Source: Paraphysomonas bandaiensis
Lineage: Eukaryota; Protista; Chrysophyceae
Reading direction: 5' to 3'
Assembly: GCA_965644295.1 (NCBI GenBank)
Contig: CBFFRP010000292.1
Span: 62,001 to 126,000 of the forward strand
Length of the DNA: 64,000 bases
The notes beneath the pieces are model-generated. The model worked only from the letters and a program-made list of their open reading frames with translations, did not search any database and was not told the origin of the DNA. Position numbers and translations under genes: made by a program. Positions 1 to 13,659 of this stretch are shown here, piece by piece (position 1 is the first letter of the stretch; each line of letters starts with the position of its first letter).

Positions 1-1116
1 AACTTGTTCCGCCTCACGCCTTTTGAGCTCATTCCAAGCGGCCCGACACTGTGTCTCATTTCTTTGCATCCGCGACCTCTCCTCACGCTCACGAATTGAT
101 TGGCGCATCTGCTCGCGGCCGATTAACATCTGTCGATAAGCCCGCCGGCAATTTAACCCTCGAGAAACTCGCTGAATTACGATCTACACACCAGATAGTT
201 ACGCATTGCTGCATATATTATATACGCAAACAATTTCATAGACTTATAGTATGTCAGTGCAGCAGGAATACAGTTGCGAGACAAAACACTATGTTACCGC
301 TGCCCGTCGCTTATTCGCATTGACTTCGATTTCAGATGCAATTTTCTTCTTGCGCTCTTCCCTCTCACGTCGGTCCTGCTCAACTGCTAACTCATATTCT
401 TCGTCCTTCTGTTGAAGTAAAACCTCGATTTCCTGCAGTGCCACCTGAAGACATCACGACTAGGCATCAATATTCCACATAAAAGAGTGTAATGTACACA
501 CCTGCAAGTTATCCTTGTGTCGCGTTTCATGCAGCATCAAGTCGTCGTAGAGTAACCCTCCCTCTTCTGGAACAAACGGAAGAACTGCTTCAATAGATTG
601 CTCCTCGAAATCCGAAACGTTGCTGACCACCGCACATAGTGTTTCAGTTGGTGCTGTTGTCGTTAAGCCTTGATCGCTGGTTACAGGCAGCAATTCAGCG
701 TTGTCATATGAAATACTATAAATATATTCCACAGAGGTTATCATTTCAAAAAGAACTTCCCTCACTTCGTCGGCAATTTCAACAGCGTTGAGCATATTGT
801 TATTGATGCTGGGGACAGATACGCATGCATCCGGACAATGGAGAACGTTACACTCAGAGTGCGAATTTTCATTAGGAATGTCAAATTCTACTTCTGAGTG
901 TATTTCAAGAGTAAGGTCACGACCAGTGAGGTCGGCAGTCTTGAGCAGTTCACTCCACTCTTCGGTCTCTTCGTGTGCAGGAGTATTATTGAAATTGGCA
1001 AGTTCATCTTTCAAGAGCTCGATAGACTGTGCAATAAATTCATCGTGACCCTCACTGTCGACATCTGACAGATCATCTAGATCGTCCTCAAACAGCTGCT
1101 CTAGTTCCTCTAACAT
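1..1116 (-). CDS. Acidic N-terminus + IQ-motif/coiled-coil protein (3' partial, runs off the window)
   Basis: ATG at 1116. Splicing GT-AG introns at about 501-445 and 297-184 joins the acidic exon to VALQEIEVLLQQKDEEYE...KRRAA|IVIQRVSRGLNCRR, an IQxxxRGxxxRR motif, followed by an E/R-rich coiled coil. Confidence 0.7.
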
Positions 1117-1320
1117 CACTCTACGTCACTCGACTGTTCTAACGGCTGTCTCTATATAACACACTCATTATCACCATCAATTCGCAGTCATGTTGGGCTA
1201 CAGTGATTGAGAATCACATCAAATCACCATCAACAGTGGCCGTATTAGAGGAAATGGACAGTTATATGAGAGTATAGTACACAGTGAACCGCAACACTAC
1301 ACGAAATGTATATATATATA

Positions 1321-1466
1321 TATACTCCACGTAGTGTACCTATACATCCTGCATCTTAAACTGAAAGAGAATATAAGAAATACAGTAAAGTATACGGTGG
1401 GTATACCTTAAAAGCAGAAGGAGAGTAGAATACTGGTATACCGTATACCGGTATACCGGTATACGG
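1321..1466. promoter_or_regulatory. Candidate bidirectional promoter motifs (CCACGTAGTG box and GGTATACC palindrome repeats)
   Basis: Lies between divergent ATGs at 1116 and 1778. TATACTCCACGTAGTG (1321-1336) recurs at 31305-31320 with 15/16 identity. Tandem GTATAC palindromes (1435-1466) recur at 31601-31620. Confidence 0.45.
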
Positions 1467-1777
1467 ACCATCTCAACAAATATACTTCTAACTTATAACG
1501 GTAACTCTATCCGGTCTTCTCAATGGAGGTATTCCGTATTGTATTCCTATTGGTACAGCGTATTTTATATTATATTTTATTCCCCCGGTTGACCACACAC
1601 ACAGCCGTGTGATGCATGCGATTATTTTGATCAATGACGAACGCATCATCCCATATCCCGCCCATATAGATACGCTCTAGATGAATGATCGGTCGCTATC
1701 AACACTCATATGCACTCGATGAGGTTCGAAATGAACAGAGTAAATCCATTGGGACCCATTGAAAGTGCTCTCTCGCT

Positions 1778-4700
1778 ATGATTTCCGTTATTCTGAGTGT
1801 TTTCTTCTGTTTGCTATCAACAACAGGTAGCTGTCCAGTTAACTGTCTCAGCGTATAATAATATGTATATCAGGTGCCCAGTACAGCAACGATGAAGATA
1901 CATTCTTATGTGACTTAGTACAAGGCTCCAATATAGGCTCAAAACTCAGCTCAGGGTGGGACTGTTCCTCAGTGGGAAACAAGTGTAATTGGGATGGAGT
2001 AACATGCGACTCGTCTGGCACTATATTAGAACTTCGTATCGACGATGAAGGAATAAGTGGCACTCTGCCTTCTTCAATTGGGCTACTCACTGAGTTGACC
2101 TACCTGAATATACAAACCAATTCATTTACTGGAACTATACCCAGTAGTATCGGTTGCCTTACTAATTTAGTGGAGATGTTTTTGCGGAGAAATTCATTTG
2201 GTGGTACTGTACCAGATGTATTTGCCCAAATGGCATATATGGAGAAATTTCGTATCAATGACAATGCTATATCAGGCACTATACCGCCATCCTTTTCCAA
2301 CTTATCTGTTGTGAGCATGTTAAGCCTCAATGATAACAGCTTCCATGGCACAATACCTTCCTTTTTCGGTACACTAACTTCACTGAGTTCTCTAGAACTG
2401 GATAAAAATGATTTTACTGGGTCGATTCCGTTATCCCTTTCGGCTCTTACTGGCCTAGAAAAAATTGAAATTAACAAAAATTCATTTTCTGGCACAGTAC
2501 CAGACATATTTGCTGGTATGAGTTCAATGACGAAATTAGAGTTTTCCACCAACTCATTTTCTGGTTTATTGCCAGCTTCCATTGGCTCCATGTCAAAGCT
2601 TAAGAGAATAATAGGTGATGATAACTTTTTGACTGGCCTGCCGTCCACAATTAGTCAATTGACTAGCTTGTCTAATGTAAAGCTGAAAGATTGCCCTCTC
2701 AGTGATATTGGTGGTTTGATGTCGTTATCTAGCCTTAAATCTTTGAGACTTCGGAATGCAAACTTGAGTACGACTATTCCTACTTCCATCAGTAATATGA
2801 ATATGCTCTCAATTCTCTCGATGCCAGCTTGTGGGCTTACGGGTTCGCTGCCTTCTGAAGTAGCGGTGTTGACGAGACTCGAAGATCTGGATTTAGAATC
2901 TAACTCATTTACGGGGGCGATCCCAACAGGTTTATGGTCACTGACTTTGCTGACATCCATAAATTTGGGTTTTAATGAATTCGTTGGGTCAATACCATCA
3001 TGTATATCATCACTTCGCAATCTGAATGAATTGTTCTTTTCTATGAACAGCTTTGACAACACACTTCCATCCAGTATCGGTGAGATTACTTCGCTCCTTG
3101 AGTTCAAAATCGACCAGAATTCACTCACTGGTACGCTTCCAACGTCAATTGGTGATTTGACAGCGTTAAAAGAATTGTACCTGAGTGAAAATTCTTTTAA
3201 TGGTCCTATACCTTCGTCGATTGGTGATTTAGGTGCTTTGGAGCTGCTATACATGAATCTAAATTCGCTCACTGGTGGTGTTCCAAGTTCCTTCTCGCAT
3301 CTAACTAATATCAAAACTATCAAGATGTATAGCAATAGTTTAAACGGCGCATACCCAAGTGCTATTTGTGGCGTGGCTTCCTTAGAAACCTTTCTTCTGA
3401 CTGACCCCGGTACAGATATCTGCAGGGCGCCCACTGCATTACCATCCGGGGAACCTACAGTCTCACCTACGAGCGAACCCTCCAGTCTACCAAGTGGAGA
3501 ACCCACAGTCCGACCATCTTCTGCGCCCTCTAATGATCCGACAAGTCAGCCAACAGCGTATCCTTCTGGCGAACCTACGAGTCAGCCCACGGGAGATCCC
3601 ACAAGGGAACCGACTGGACAACCTTCTTCTCAGCCCACGGGTCAGCCCTCGAATCAACCTACTGGGCAACCAACAACTCGACCATCTGAAGAACCTACAG
3701 TCTCACCTACGAGCGAGCCCTCCAGTCTACCAAGTGGAGAACCCACAGTCCGACCATCTTCTGCGCCCTCTAGTGATCCGACAAGTCAGCCAACAGCGTA
3801 TCCTTCTGGCGAACCTACGAGTCAGCCCACGGGAGATCCCACAAGGGAACCGACTGGACAACCTTCTTCTCAGCCCACGGGTCAGCCCTCGAATCAACCT
3901 ACTGGGCAACCAACAACTCGACCATCTGGAGAACCTACAGTCTCACCTACGAGCGAACCCTCCAGTCTACCAAGTGGAGAACCCACAGTCCGACCATCTT
4001 CTGCGCCCTCTAGTGATCCGACAAGTCAGCCAACAGCGTATCCTTCTGGCGAACCTACGAGTCAGCCCACGGGAGATCCCACAAGGGAACCGACTGGACA
4101 ACCTTCTTCTCAGCCCACGGGTCAGCCCTCGAATCAACCTACTGGGCAACCAACAACTCGACCATCTGGAGAACCTACAGTCTCACCTACGAGCGAACCC
4201 TCCAGTCTACCAAGTGGAGAACCCACAGTCCGACCATCTTCTGCGCCCTCTAGTGATCCGACAAGTCAGCCAACAGCGTATCCTTCTGGCGAACCTACGA
4301 GTCAGCCCACGGGAGATCCCACAAGGGAACCGACTGGACAACCTTCTTCTCAGCCCACGGGTCAGCCCTCGAATCAACCTACTGGGCAACCAACAACTCG
4401 ACCATCTGGAGAACCTACAGTCTCACCTACGAGCGAACCCTCCAGTCTACCAAGTGGAGAACCCACAGTCCGACCATCTTCTGCGCCCTCTAGTGATCCG
4501 ACAAGTCAGCCAACAGCGTATCCTTCTGGCGAACCTACGAGTCAGCCCACGGGAGATCCCACAAGGGAACCGACTGGACAACCTTCTTCTCAGCCCACGG
4601 GTCAGCCCTCGAATCAACCTACTGGGCAACCAACAACTCGACCATCTGGAGAACCTACAGTCTCACCTACGAGCGAACCCTCCAGTCTACCAAGTGGAGA

Positions 4701-7700
4701 ACCCACAGTCCGACCATCTTCTGCGCCCTCTAGTGATCCGACAAGTCAGCCAACAGCGTATCCTTCTGGCGAACCTACGAGTCAGCCCACGGGAGATCCC
4801 ACAAGGGAACCGACTGGACAACCTTCTTCACAGCCCACGGGTCAGCCCTCGAATCAACCTACTGGGCAACCAACAACTCGACCATCTGGAGAACCTACAG
4901 TCTCACCTACGAGCGAACCCTCCAGTCTACCAAGTGGAGAACCCACAGTCCGACCATCTTCTGCGCCCTCTAGTGATCCGACAAGTCAGCCAACAGCGTA
5001 TCCTTCTGGCGAACCTACGAGTCAGCCCACGGGAGATCCCACAAGGGAACCGACTGGACAACCAACAACTCGACCATCCCGTCAACCGACTGGTGAGCCT
5101 ACTCTCGTGCCGTCTTTGATACCAACATCTTCCCCAACTATTGAGCCATCTGCATATCCTACAAGTGGCCCATCCTTCAACCCTACTTCAGAACCGTCTT
5201 GTGTCCCATCAGGTCGGCAAGTTACTCTCTCAGTTATGATTTATGTATAGCCCCGTCTCTTATTCTGTCCTTTAGGTTTCCCATCCGCTTTGCCCAGTGC
5301 TAAGCCATCCAGCTTACCGACCTGCGTTCCGACATACTTTCCCTCGATCAAACCGACCCGTCGACCCACAGCACAGCCAACGTTTTCTGGGGATACCAAT
5401 CGTCCAACGTCTTTTCCTACTATCAAACCTACGATTATACCCTCGTCGTATCCATCGTTAGGTCCAACGTCTTCCGCACCTACATCTCTACCTACTCTCA
5501 GTCCGACACACTCCCCACCTCCAGATATATTGAATGTCGAAATTGACACTACGAAATATGATGTAACTATATATGCTAACTTGTCAAAGGAGGGTATGTT
5601 GTATTGTGGAGTGTACTCCATATCTGTGTCTCCCCTTTCCACATCTTCAATTATTGTTAAGAATAATTTTGCCAGTGCTCCCTCACCCGAAGTTTCCGCT
5701 CATCTGAAGGTTGGCAATTTGCAGCCCAGTACTAGTTATGATGTATATTGCGTGGCGAGAAGCATTTACGGCATGACTACTACTTTCGATGATATGATGC
5801 TAAATAAGGAGAGAGTCCGCACAGCGTGTTGCAAGGGGGTATTAATCTCTTTGACCGGTGTTTCGTTTTCTGAAAGGCATGATGTGCCATCATTTCTTAC
5901 AGTAACTGCCACTGCTGCCCCAGTATCTCCTCTCTCTGTTACACTTTCCGCAATGCGTATGGATAATTCATCTGTAAGCAACGACATGTTCATTCCAAAA
6001 AGTATTGTGATTAATTCGAAATCATGGTCAATTTCGCGACCAGTGGCTTTGATTGGCTCATCTCCGGGTCGTTATGGTGTCAGCGCTGTTATTAGTGGTC
6101 CAGATGCTTCTGACTATGAGGTTTCATTTGATGGCCATTACGAGTTTGTTCTCCAACCATCCAATGTGGAGCCCCCTATTCCACTTCTCACGTCTGCGAT
6201 GTTTACACCTGATGGACTATCCATTATAGTCAAGTTTGATTCTCCCACTGATATGGCTGGTCTATCGTCATTGTTTCCTTGTTCACATGTATTTTCTTTC
6301 GTTGGGGATGACTACGCAATATGTCAATGGACTAGTGCATCGGCCGCCCTCGTATCTCTCAGAGGAGTTCCCCGTGTGGGTGTAGGTGATAGAATTGTTG
6401 TTGTTGACGACGTCCTGCGGGCATCCTGCCGTATGTCTTACGCTGAGTGTCAACAGTGGGCGACTGTGAATTCGACATTGGCAATTTCGATCCGAGGCCC
6501 CAATGCCCCTACATCTCCGGTGGTTGTAGTATCTGGTCCTGAAGTAGCTGGACCGTGTGATAAAGTTGTTTTAGATTTGCTGTCTTCGACTGGTGATGGT
6601 GGGAGGGACTGGAAAAATCAGACTGTTGCTGTACAGGGCCAGCACAGCGGCTCTGTCGAGTCGCTGAATGATTTTTTCTTAAATGCTTATGACTTAAAGT
6701 CTTTGACCCCTCTTCCGCAGGATACCCTCAAGCCTGGGTATTTCTATGATTTCCATTTTACCTTGTGTAACTTCTTAGGGGCATGTGCCCAGGCTGTACA
6801 CCATCTTGTGGTCACAAATAGCGCCGTGCCATCTGTTCAAATATTAGGTCGGAACTCAAGATCGATTACGACAGATACATCACTGGTTCTACACGCGCAG
6901 GCCTACATGTCTGAGTGTGACGGTGTGAAATCGAACTCTGGTCTAGACTACGTTTGGGTTGTGACAAGAGATGGAGTTCAAGATAGCTCAGTGGGCTCAA
7001 TATCACGAGATGTTGCCAAATTCAAAGTATTGCCGTTCACAATGCACCCCGGATCTGTGTATGAGTTCTCGGTAACTGTGTCGAACCCTACCTCTCTGCA
7101 GAAGTCGTCCGCCTCCGCCCACGTGGAGGTTTCCCAATCAGACATCGTTGCGGTAATTGCTGGTGGTACACATCAAACAGTCCGACTCGGTGGAAGTATT
7201 ATTTTGGATGCAACGGGTAGTTATGACGCAGGTACTCCCGACTCAAGTGATTCGCGCTTGACGTACTCATGGAGCTGTTATCAACGCAAGCCCACACTGT
7301 CCTCTTATTGCGGTATAGACATGTCCATAAACCGGTCTATTGTCGTGGCACATCCTATGCCAACAACCAGTGCGTTGTCCGAGTTCGTTATCACGGTAGC
7401 TGTTTATGATTCATCACGTGAGAGTGAGCAGAATGTGTACATATCAGTCGGAGAGGCATTGGACCCTGTGGGAGCGATATCAATGATGCACCCGGCGAAG
7501 AAGTTCAACGCAGCTGATGATATCACTCTATTGGGTGCTCTTGAACTCTCACTTCCTGCCCAGATTGAGTGGGTTGTGGAAGGTCAATCTCTTGACCTTG
7601 CTACTGTGTCCCGCACTGCAGTATCCAGGAGATTTGAGCCAGGTCAACATGTATTGAATCTTGTTATCGTCAAGAATTCACTCATTGGAAGAATTAATCC

Positions 7701-10700
7701 GTATGTATTTTCCCTCTCTGCTAATAATTACACTCTGGCGTCAATGTCTGTCGTAGTCAACTCCTCTCCCTCTCCAGGTGTATTCTCAGTGTCTCCCCCC
7801 AATGGCACTGCTATCAACACTAAGTTCATGTTTGTAGCTTCTCAGTGGACAGATGACGATACTCCTATGTCTTTTCAGTTCGGTTACTTGTCTCAACAGG
7901 GCGATGTTAAAGTGGTCAGGGGGCGTTCTGAATCTGGGTACGATACGTCTGTGTTGCCTGCAGGCCTGAAGACTGATAATTATCATTTAACATGTCATGT
8001 AATGGTGTTTGATACATTACATGCGCATACGTCATCAACCGCGGTTGTTTCTGTAAGCGAAACAAAGCTCAACTCCACTGACCTTCAAGTTATCATAGCA
8101 GAAGAACTCAGTGTTAGCACTGGTAATATGGATGACACCAAAGAAACTCTATCAGTTGCAAGCTCTTTGTTGAATGCCATAGATTGCTCCAGTGCACCTG
8201 ACTGCGCGGTTTTGGATCGTGAGGAGTGTGCAAACGTGGATAATACTTGTGGGCGGTGTTTGTCAGGGTATATTGGCACGGATGGTGATGACAATTCGGA
8301 ATGTATCAGTGCTGAAACAGTTATCATAGAGTCACGCATTAATGATACGCGCTCCTGTGACACTGATAGTGACTGTGGTGTGTGGATGTACTGTGATATT
8401 GAAAGCGGTATTTGCAAGAAATCTAGCAAAGAATGTCGAAAGAGTTGTTTCGGCAATGGGGATTGCAGATACGAAAGTGTTGACACTGGTATACCAGTTG
8501 ACGTATGTCATATGGGAGACACTTCCTGCGAGGCTATATGCAAGTGCTGGGAGGGATATAGCGGCGATATTTGCAAATTCAGAACAACTGAGTTGGAGGC
8601 AAAGAAGTTGATTCGACAACAACTTCTCGAAAGTCTGCAATCTGTGTGCGATACTGATGAACCCAGTGCCGATAGCATCACTACATGGCAGTCCTCCCTC
8701 AATGGTATCACTCAGTTATCAGATGAACTCTCACCAGATGCAGCCGACATTGCTCTTAATATTGCTGATTCTATACTGTCGAGTGTGTTGGAATATGATG
8801 TATCTTCTGATGTTCTGCTTGGAGTATTAAAATCGGTGGACTCAGCAGTCGTCGCCTCAATGTCGTCCCCGAAGGAATCAGTTCGCCGACGACTCTCTAC
8901 GTTAGTAGATACCATTGATCTATTGGATACTTTTGGAAACCGCGTTGCTGCGGGTATGGTTGAGGGGCAGAGAGCAATTGCAAGCATTAATAAGATGTTC
9001 AGGATAACCACAGGTGTGGTATCTAATGCGGAATATATATCTATACCGCAGACTTCTACAGAGCTGTCATCCGGCATAGAACCCACAACTTTATACACCT
9101 CTGGTCAACCTGATTCTACTGTACGTGTTTCGGCTATGTCTATTAAGGCAAGACTGTATAACAATTCTGCTGACTTTAACTCCAATGCGCTCCGACTGCA
9201 ATTTATCAACAGCATGTTAGACAGTAACGCAACGGTTACATTTGCCATTCAGAATAATGTGGAGACAACATATGAATCTCTGTATAGTTCTACTGTTGTC
9301 AACACGACCTGTCTACTTGGAGAGACCGGCGTGTACGAACATACATGTCCTGGCGGACATGCGGGCGATATATTAGTCACACATACATGTAATGGGAGTG
9401 CCGTCTTGATTGAAACAAAGTGCCCAACAGTCACTGCATTGCCTGCCTGCCGGGTGCTAAGTGGAGAATCCTTCAATTGTTATGTGCGTTCGTATTCCAT
9501 CACATCCACCACCTGTTCTTGCTCACGGATAAATGATGGTGGGGAGCGGCGATCTCTCTCAATTCAGCACACTGGGGCTCTTGAGGTCTGTTGTTAGTGT
9601 GTGTGATATGCAAGTATTCTAAGTAGTTTCTATGAGTAGGTTGTTGCTGTATCTGAGCTCGTGACAGAGGACTTTGTTACGACCGTGTCAACTTCCAGTG
9701 AATTAGATTCTGTCGAAGATCTGGAGAAGGCCGTGATCGTGATCTTGTTGTACGGTGTCATGTGGTATGTGCCTCTGGTATTTGCTTATGCTCCATGTAT
9801 AACCGGCTGTATCAATACAGGACTGGCGGTTTACTTGGAATTATGATGTGCTCATTTCGACAGTGGCACTTATACAGGAAGGTGGGCGAAAACTTATCTT
9901 ATTCTGAGAAGAGGGAAAAACTGGCAAGTTTTGCGAAGTCCAAAGCTGATGTAAGAAATTACCTCACGGCTTATGTGAACGAAGTATTTCCTGCTGTTTT
10001 TCTGACGAAATCAGTAATGCGGAGACTCTTTGATGAAATTTGCAAGCACCACAGGTATTTAGGGTTGTTGATGGACGTACATGCAATGCTTAATAAGTGT
10101 GTTGAGTATAGGTACTTGACATTGTTAACTGCTAGTGGTATCAATGGCGATAGCAAGCGCATTCTGACAGGTGATTTTATCGATTTCAATGGAAACATTA
10201 TGTCTAAATTCCGTCAGGGCTTCACCTTTTGACTGTGCAGAGCATGCTGATGTTTGTTCTAGCGGTTTGCTACGACCTGGTAATATTGCATACGTTTAAT
10301 AGTTGATTTCCTCTCTCATGTTGTATGTTTCAGCAATTTCCTCAGGACGATGGGTCGTGTGAGTCACACACGACCGAGTTATCATGTCTCAGGCAGAAAT
10401 CTGTTTTTGACGTTGATAAGTCTGTGTGTTCGTGGGATGAAGATAGTTCACAACAGTCTGGATACTCATGTACATATGAATCTCCGGCGTTTACTGTTTG
10501 GGTAAGTCTCTCTTAAGAAATGCTTATCAAACCAATTGATTATTGCTGCGAATAGGTTATTGTCATAATATCCGTAGTAGTGGCTGTTGTGACAGCACCT
10601 GTCAATTTGTTGGTTGACTTTCTGTTCATTGAGATATTGTCCGCGCCTGGTGCTGATGCTGTTAAAATCCAGTCCAGGGAGTCAGTGATGGTGAGAGCCG

Positions 10701-12921
10701 CTCAACGCGCATCTGCTGTGGGGCGGAGGGTGTCCGCGATATCTGCAGAGGCCATGAACAAATTACGTAAAAATGTACTGATGAAGTCGAAATCATCTCT
10801 AGATTTTAACAGCATACAAAAGACGCGAGTTGTACCAGAGTCAATGGAAGAGGCTCATTTATTGGCGTCAGTTTCTATTGGAGATATTTTACATAATGTA
10901 CAAGAGAAACTCAACTCTCGTGTACACACGCTTGATAAGTTCCGAAAGGAATCTAACACGTTTAAGTCGAAGCAGATTTTAGTACAGAAACGACGTTCTG
11001 CGCAACGTAGAGTCAGTGATGTTAGCGAGTCTCAGTTTGATAGCACTGATGCTGCCATCGACGACTTATTTTTGGATTTTACTGTAGACCTTGCGGAACA
11101 GAGAAAGCATGTCAAGCGTAACCAAAGGGAATCATTTGACAGTATGTGGGGCATTGATCCCACGGGCGAATTTTCCAAACAAACAGAGAGATCCATATTT
11201 TGCACTCACAAGATAAGAAGTGCTGAGCGCTCGTTGCAAGATGAAATGAAATTTGTTCGGCGCGAGACGCAGGCAAAGTTCGAAAAGCTCCGTTTCGCAA
11301 CGGATGTTCAAATTGGAATGGAAATATTGCATCTATTCATCATTGACTTGCTTGGTCGGGATACTCCTGTCGCAAAGGTGAGTCATGTGTGCTTTTCACA
11401 ATGGTTGTTAAAGACATGGGTGTGCAGATATTCATGACGAAGAGTGAAGAAGAGTAAGATCCTTTTCAACCAAACCATCGCCTTAATCTCTCTTTTAGTT
11501 TTAGGCATTCGTTTGTTGTGACAAAGACGGTTAAGGTTTTTGCCTGGATTTTGGTTGCCTGTTTAAACCTATTTTTCGTCTACTTCTCTGTCCTGCGTGG
11601 GTTGGAGCGCGGTGTCGAGTGGCAGGTACATGGCAAAATGTTGAGCTTTATGATATATCACTTATACGATGTACAGAGATTATATTTAGTTGCTTGTCTG
11701 ATGCAGTTTTTCATCGAGATATTTTTCTATGAGGTCAGCAATGTCCCCCATTTCATTGTATATGATGCGTAATTGTACTCTCAGACCTCGGAATGTGCTA
11801 TTGTGCACTTTTACATTCCTGATTTGGCTCGAAACGAGGTGCGAAGTGTAGGGTTCGCGATCCACCAAGCGGTAAATAAAGTGTGCACAGCCACTGTAGA
11901 GAGTGCGGGGAATATGATTTTAGATGCACCCAGATATTTTTTTGTTTCATCTAATGTGGCGAAGAGGTTCCCGGATTTATTGGAGAGTGCAATAGTTATG
12001 AGTTATCACACTTATTCACCTGGAGAATTAGCTCGTAAATGGCGTTTCTCTTACTCATCTGACACTTTTTCAACTTCACTTAACCCATGGTCCCGATCCA
12101 GGTCTCGTGTTGGTCGTTTCACTGTTAGCACTGTGCTTGTGGGAATACTACAGCGACTGGGTGCGATGTCACCTACAGTGCAGCGGGTCGTCATTCACAC
12201 CCTACAGCCTCTCGTTGTCAGCGCAATATTCCTTTCGACTGTAGTGCTAAGAAAGCACCCGCTCTTTATATGCATTTTGGTCCCTCTCGTACTATACATA
12301 ATATACGTTGTTAGAAGAGACCTCGAAAGTGAAAGCGACAACAATTCTAATTGCAGCGCTGTACACCCGTCAGATTTCGCGTCCCAGAGTGGCGAGGTGC
12401 CTGATATTTGCGAAGTCGGTGCACCAACACGGAGCATTGGTTCCGTGGCTCCAATAGGCTCTGATGACAAATATACAAAGCCACCGATAAATTCTATGCA
12501 TTCTATCGACACTCCTATAAATAATGTCACACTTTGCGATAAAGCTACGGAGGAATGCATTAACTTAGATATGTCAGATTCAAGCGAGTGGTCCATTAGT
12601 TCCGGTGGATTTGATCATCAGCTGAACGTTGTGGATATGTTTACTATGTCTAGCTCGAGTGACTCTCACTCCGCCGCTTCTGATACTGATACGTTTAATT
12701 CCGAAGAAGCTCGAAATGGGATGGTAGCTGAATCTATGCGTGTCAACGGTATATTTAACGCAGCTTTGACTGATGATAACGACAACCTGCCGCACGAAAT
12801 AGCAGCTGATGTGGCGAGAGAAATGATAAACGCAAGTACTATCATGGAGCATGATAGTTCTTTACTGGATATTGGTGTTAAATCCACACCTGCAGTAGTA
12901 AAGAAAATAGACAGTGAATAA
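1778..12921 (+). CDS. Giant polycystin-1/REJ-like cell-surface receptor: signal peptide, LRR array, P/T/S mucin stalk, FN3-like, REJ, EGF-like, GPS-like, multi-TM
   Basis: Signal exon MISVILSVFFCLLSTT (1778-1826). Introns 1827-1873, 5213-5275 and 9586-9639 join the ORFs in frame. Contains plant-type LRRs (LxxLxLxxNxFxGxIP), REJ-like segments (LDATGSYD, YSWSC, VSPPNGTA..T.F....W.DDD.P.SF.F), Cys-rich EGF-like modules and several downstream hydrophobic exons. Stop at 12921. Confidence 0.85.
3451..5060 (+). repeat. Coding tandem repeat, 240 bp (80 aa) x about 6.7
   Basis: Unit GAACCTACAGTCTCACCTACG starts at 3451, 3691, 3931, 4171, 4411, 4651 and 4891. Only about 4 substitutions seen across the array. 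Confidence 0.97.
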
Positions 12922-13659
12922 GTTGATATCGTATCCACTGGCAAAGTGTGATTCTAGTTTTGCATGTGACATATTGCAACTTTCAATTTTTGTATTTCGT
13001 AAATGTAGTCTGTATATGATTACAGGGAGGCCAGTGAGAGTGCTGTTTACGGCATGTAACTGCATTCTTCATAGTTACTCTAGCTACGACTCTTCCCACT
13101 GAACAGCACTTCAAATGTACTGGTCATCGAGAACATGCGCTATGGTAGTGTAGGGCCCAGTATATATAATAATATAGATATGTAGTATGAATGAAGTAGT
13201 ATTGGCATATATCGTAAATGTAGGTTTGTATCGAAAGTAATGTTGACTAATTACAGGTCAAAATGAAGCTATTTCGTTCCGCAGTCATATAATGTGATAT
13301 AGTTTATCTACCCATCTAGTTCACAAGACTATTATTTATTTTACAACATATATTACCAATTTTAAGTGAAGATAATTTACCATTGATGATGCTTGTAGTT
13401 GGTCGTTAAATGAGCGTTCTCCACTAAAATAATTACAACAAAGATGTGGAAGGGTGGGGTTTTACCCTTCCCTGTATTGATTGGGCCCACGACCATTGCG
13501 ATGTACTAACACCTTTTATTAACTCTTACTATGAAAGTCTTAATTTATTATTAACTTACTATTCAATTCTCACTTGATATAATTTATATTAATTCTTTTT
13601 ACAATTTACTATTACAATTTATAATTTGTATATGCATGAATACCACAGTCTAACGGATA

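Noticed and set aside
3494-5119. 541-aa alternative-frame ORF and repeated 60-aa antisense ORFs
   Set aside because: By-products of a stop-free 240-bp unit being repeated; there is no independent coding signal.
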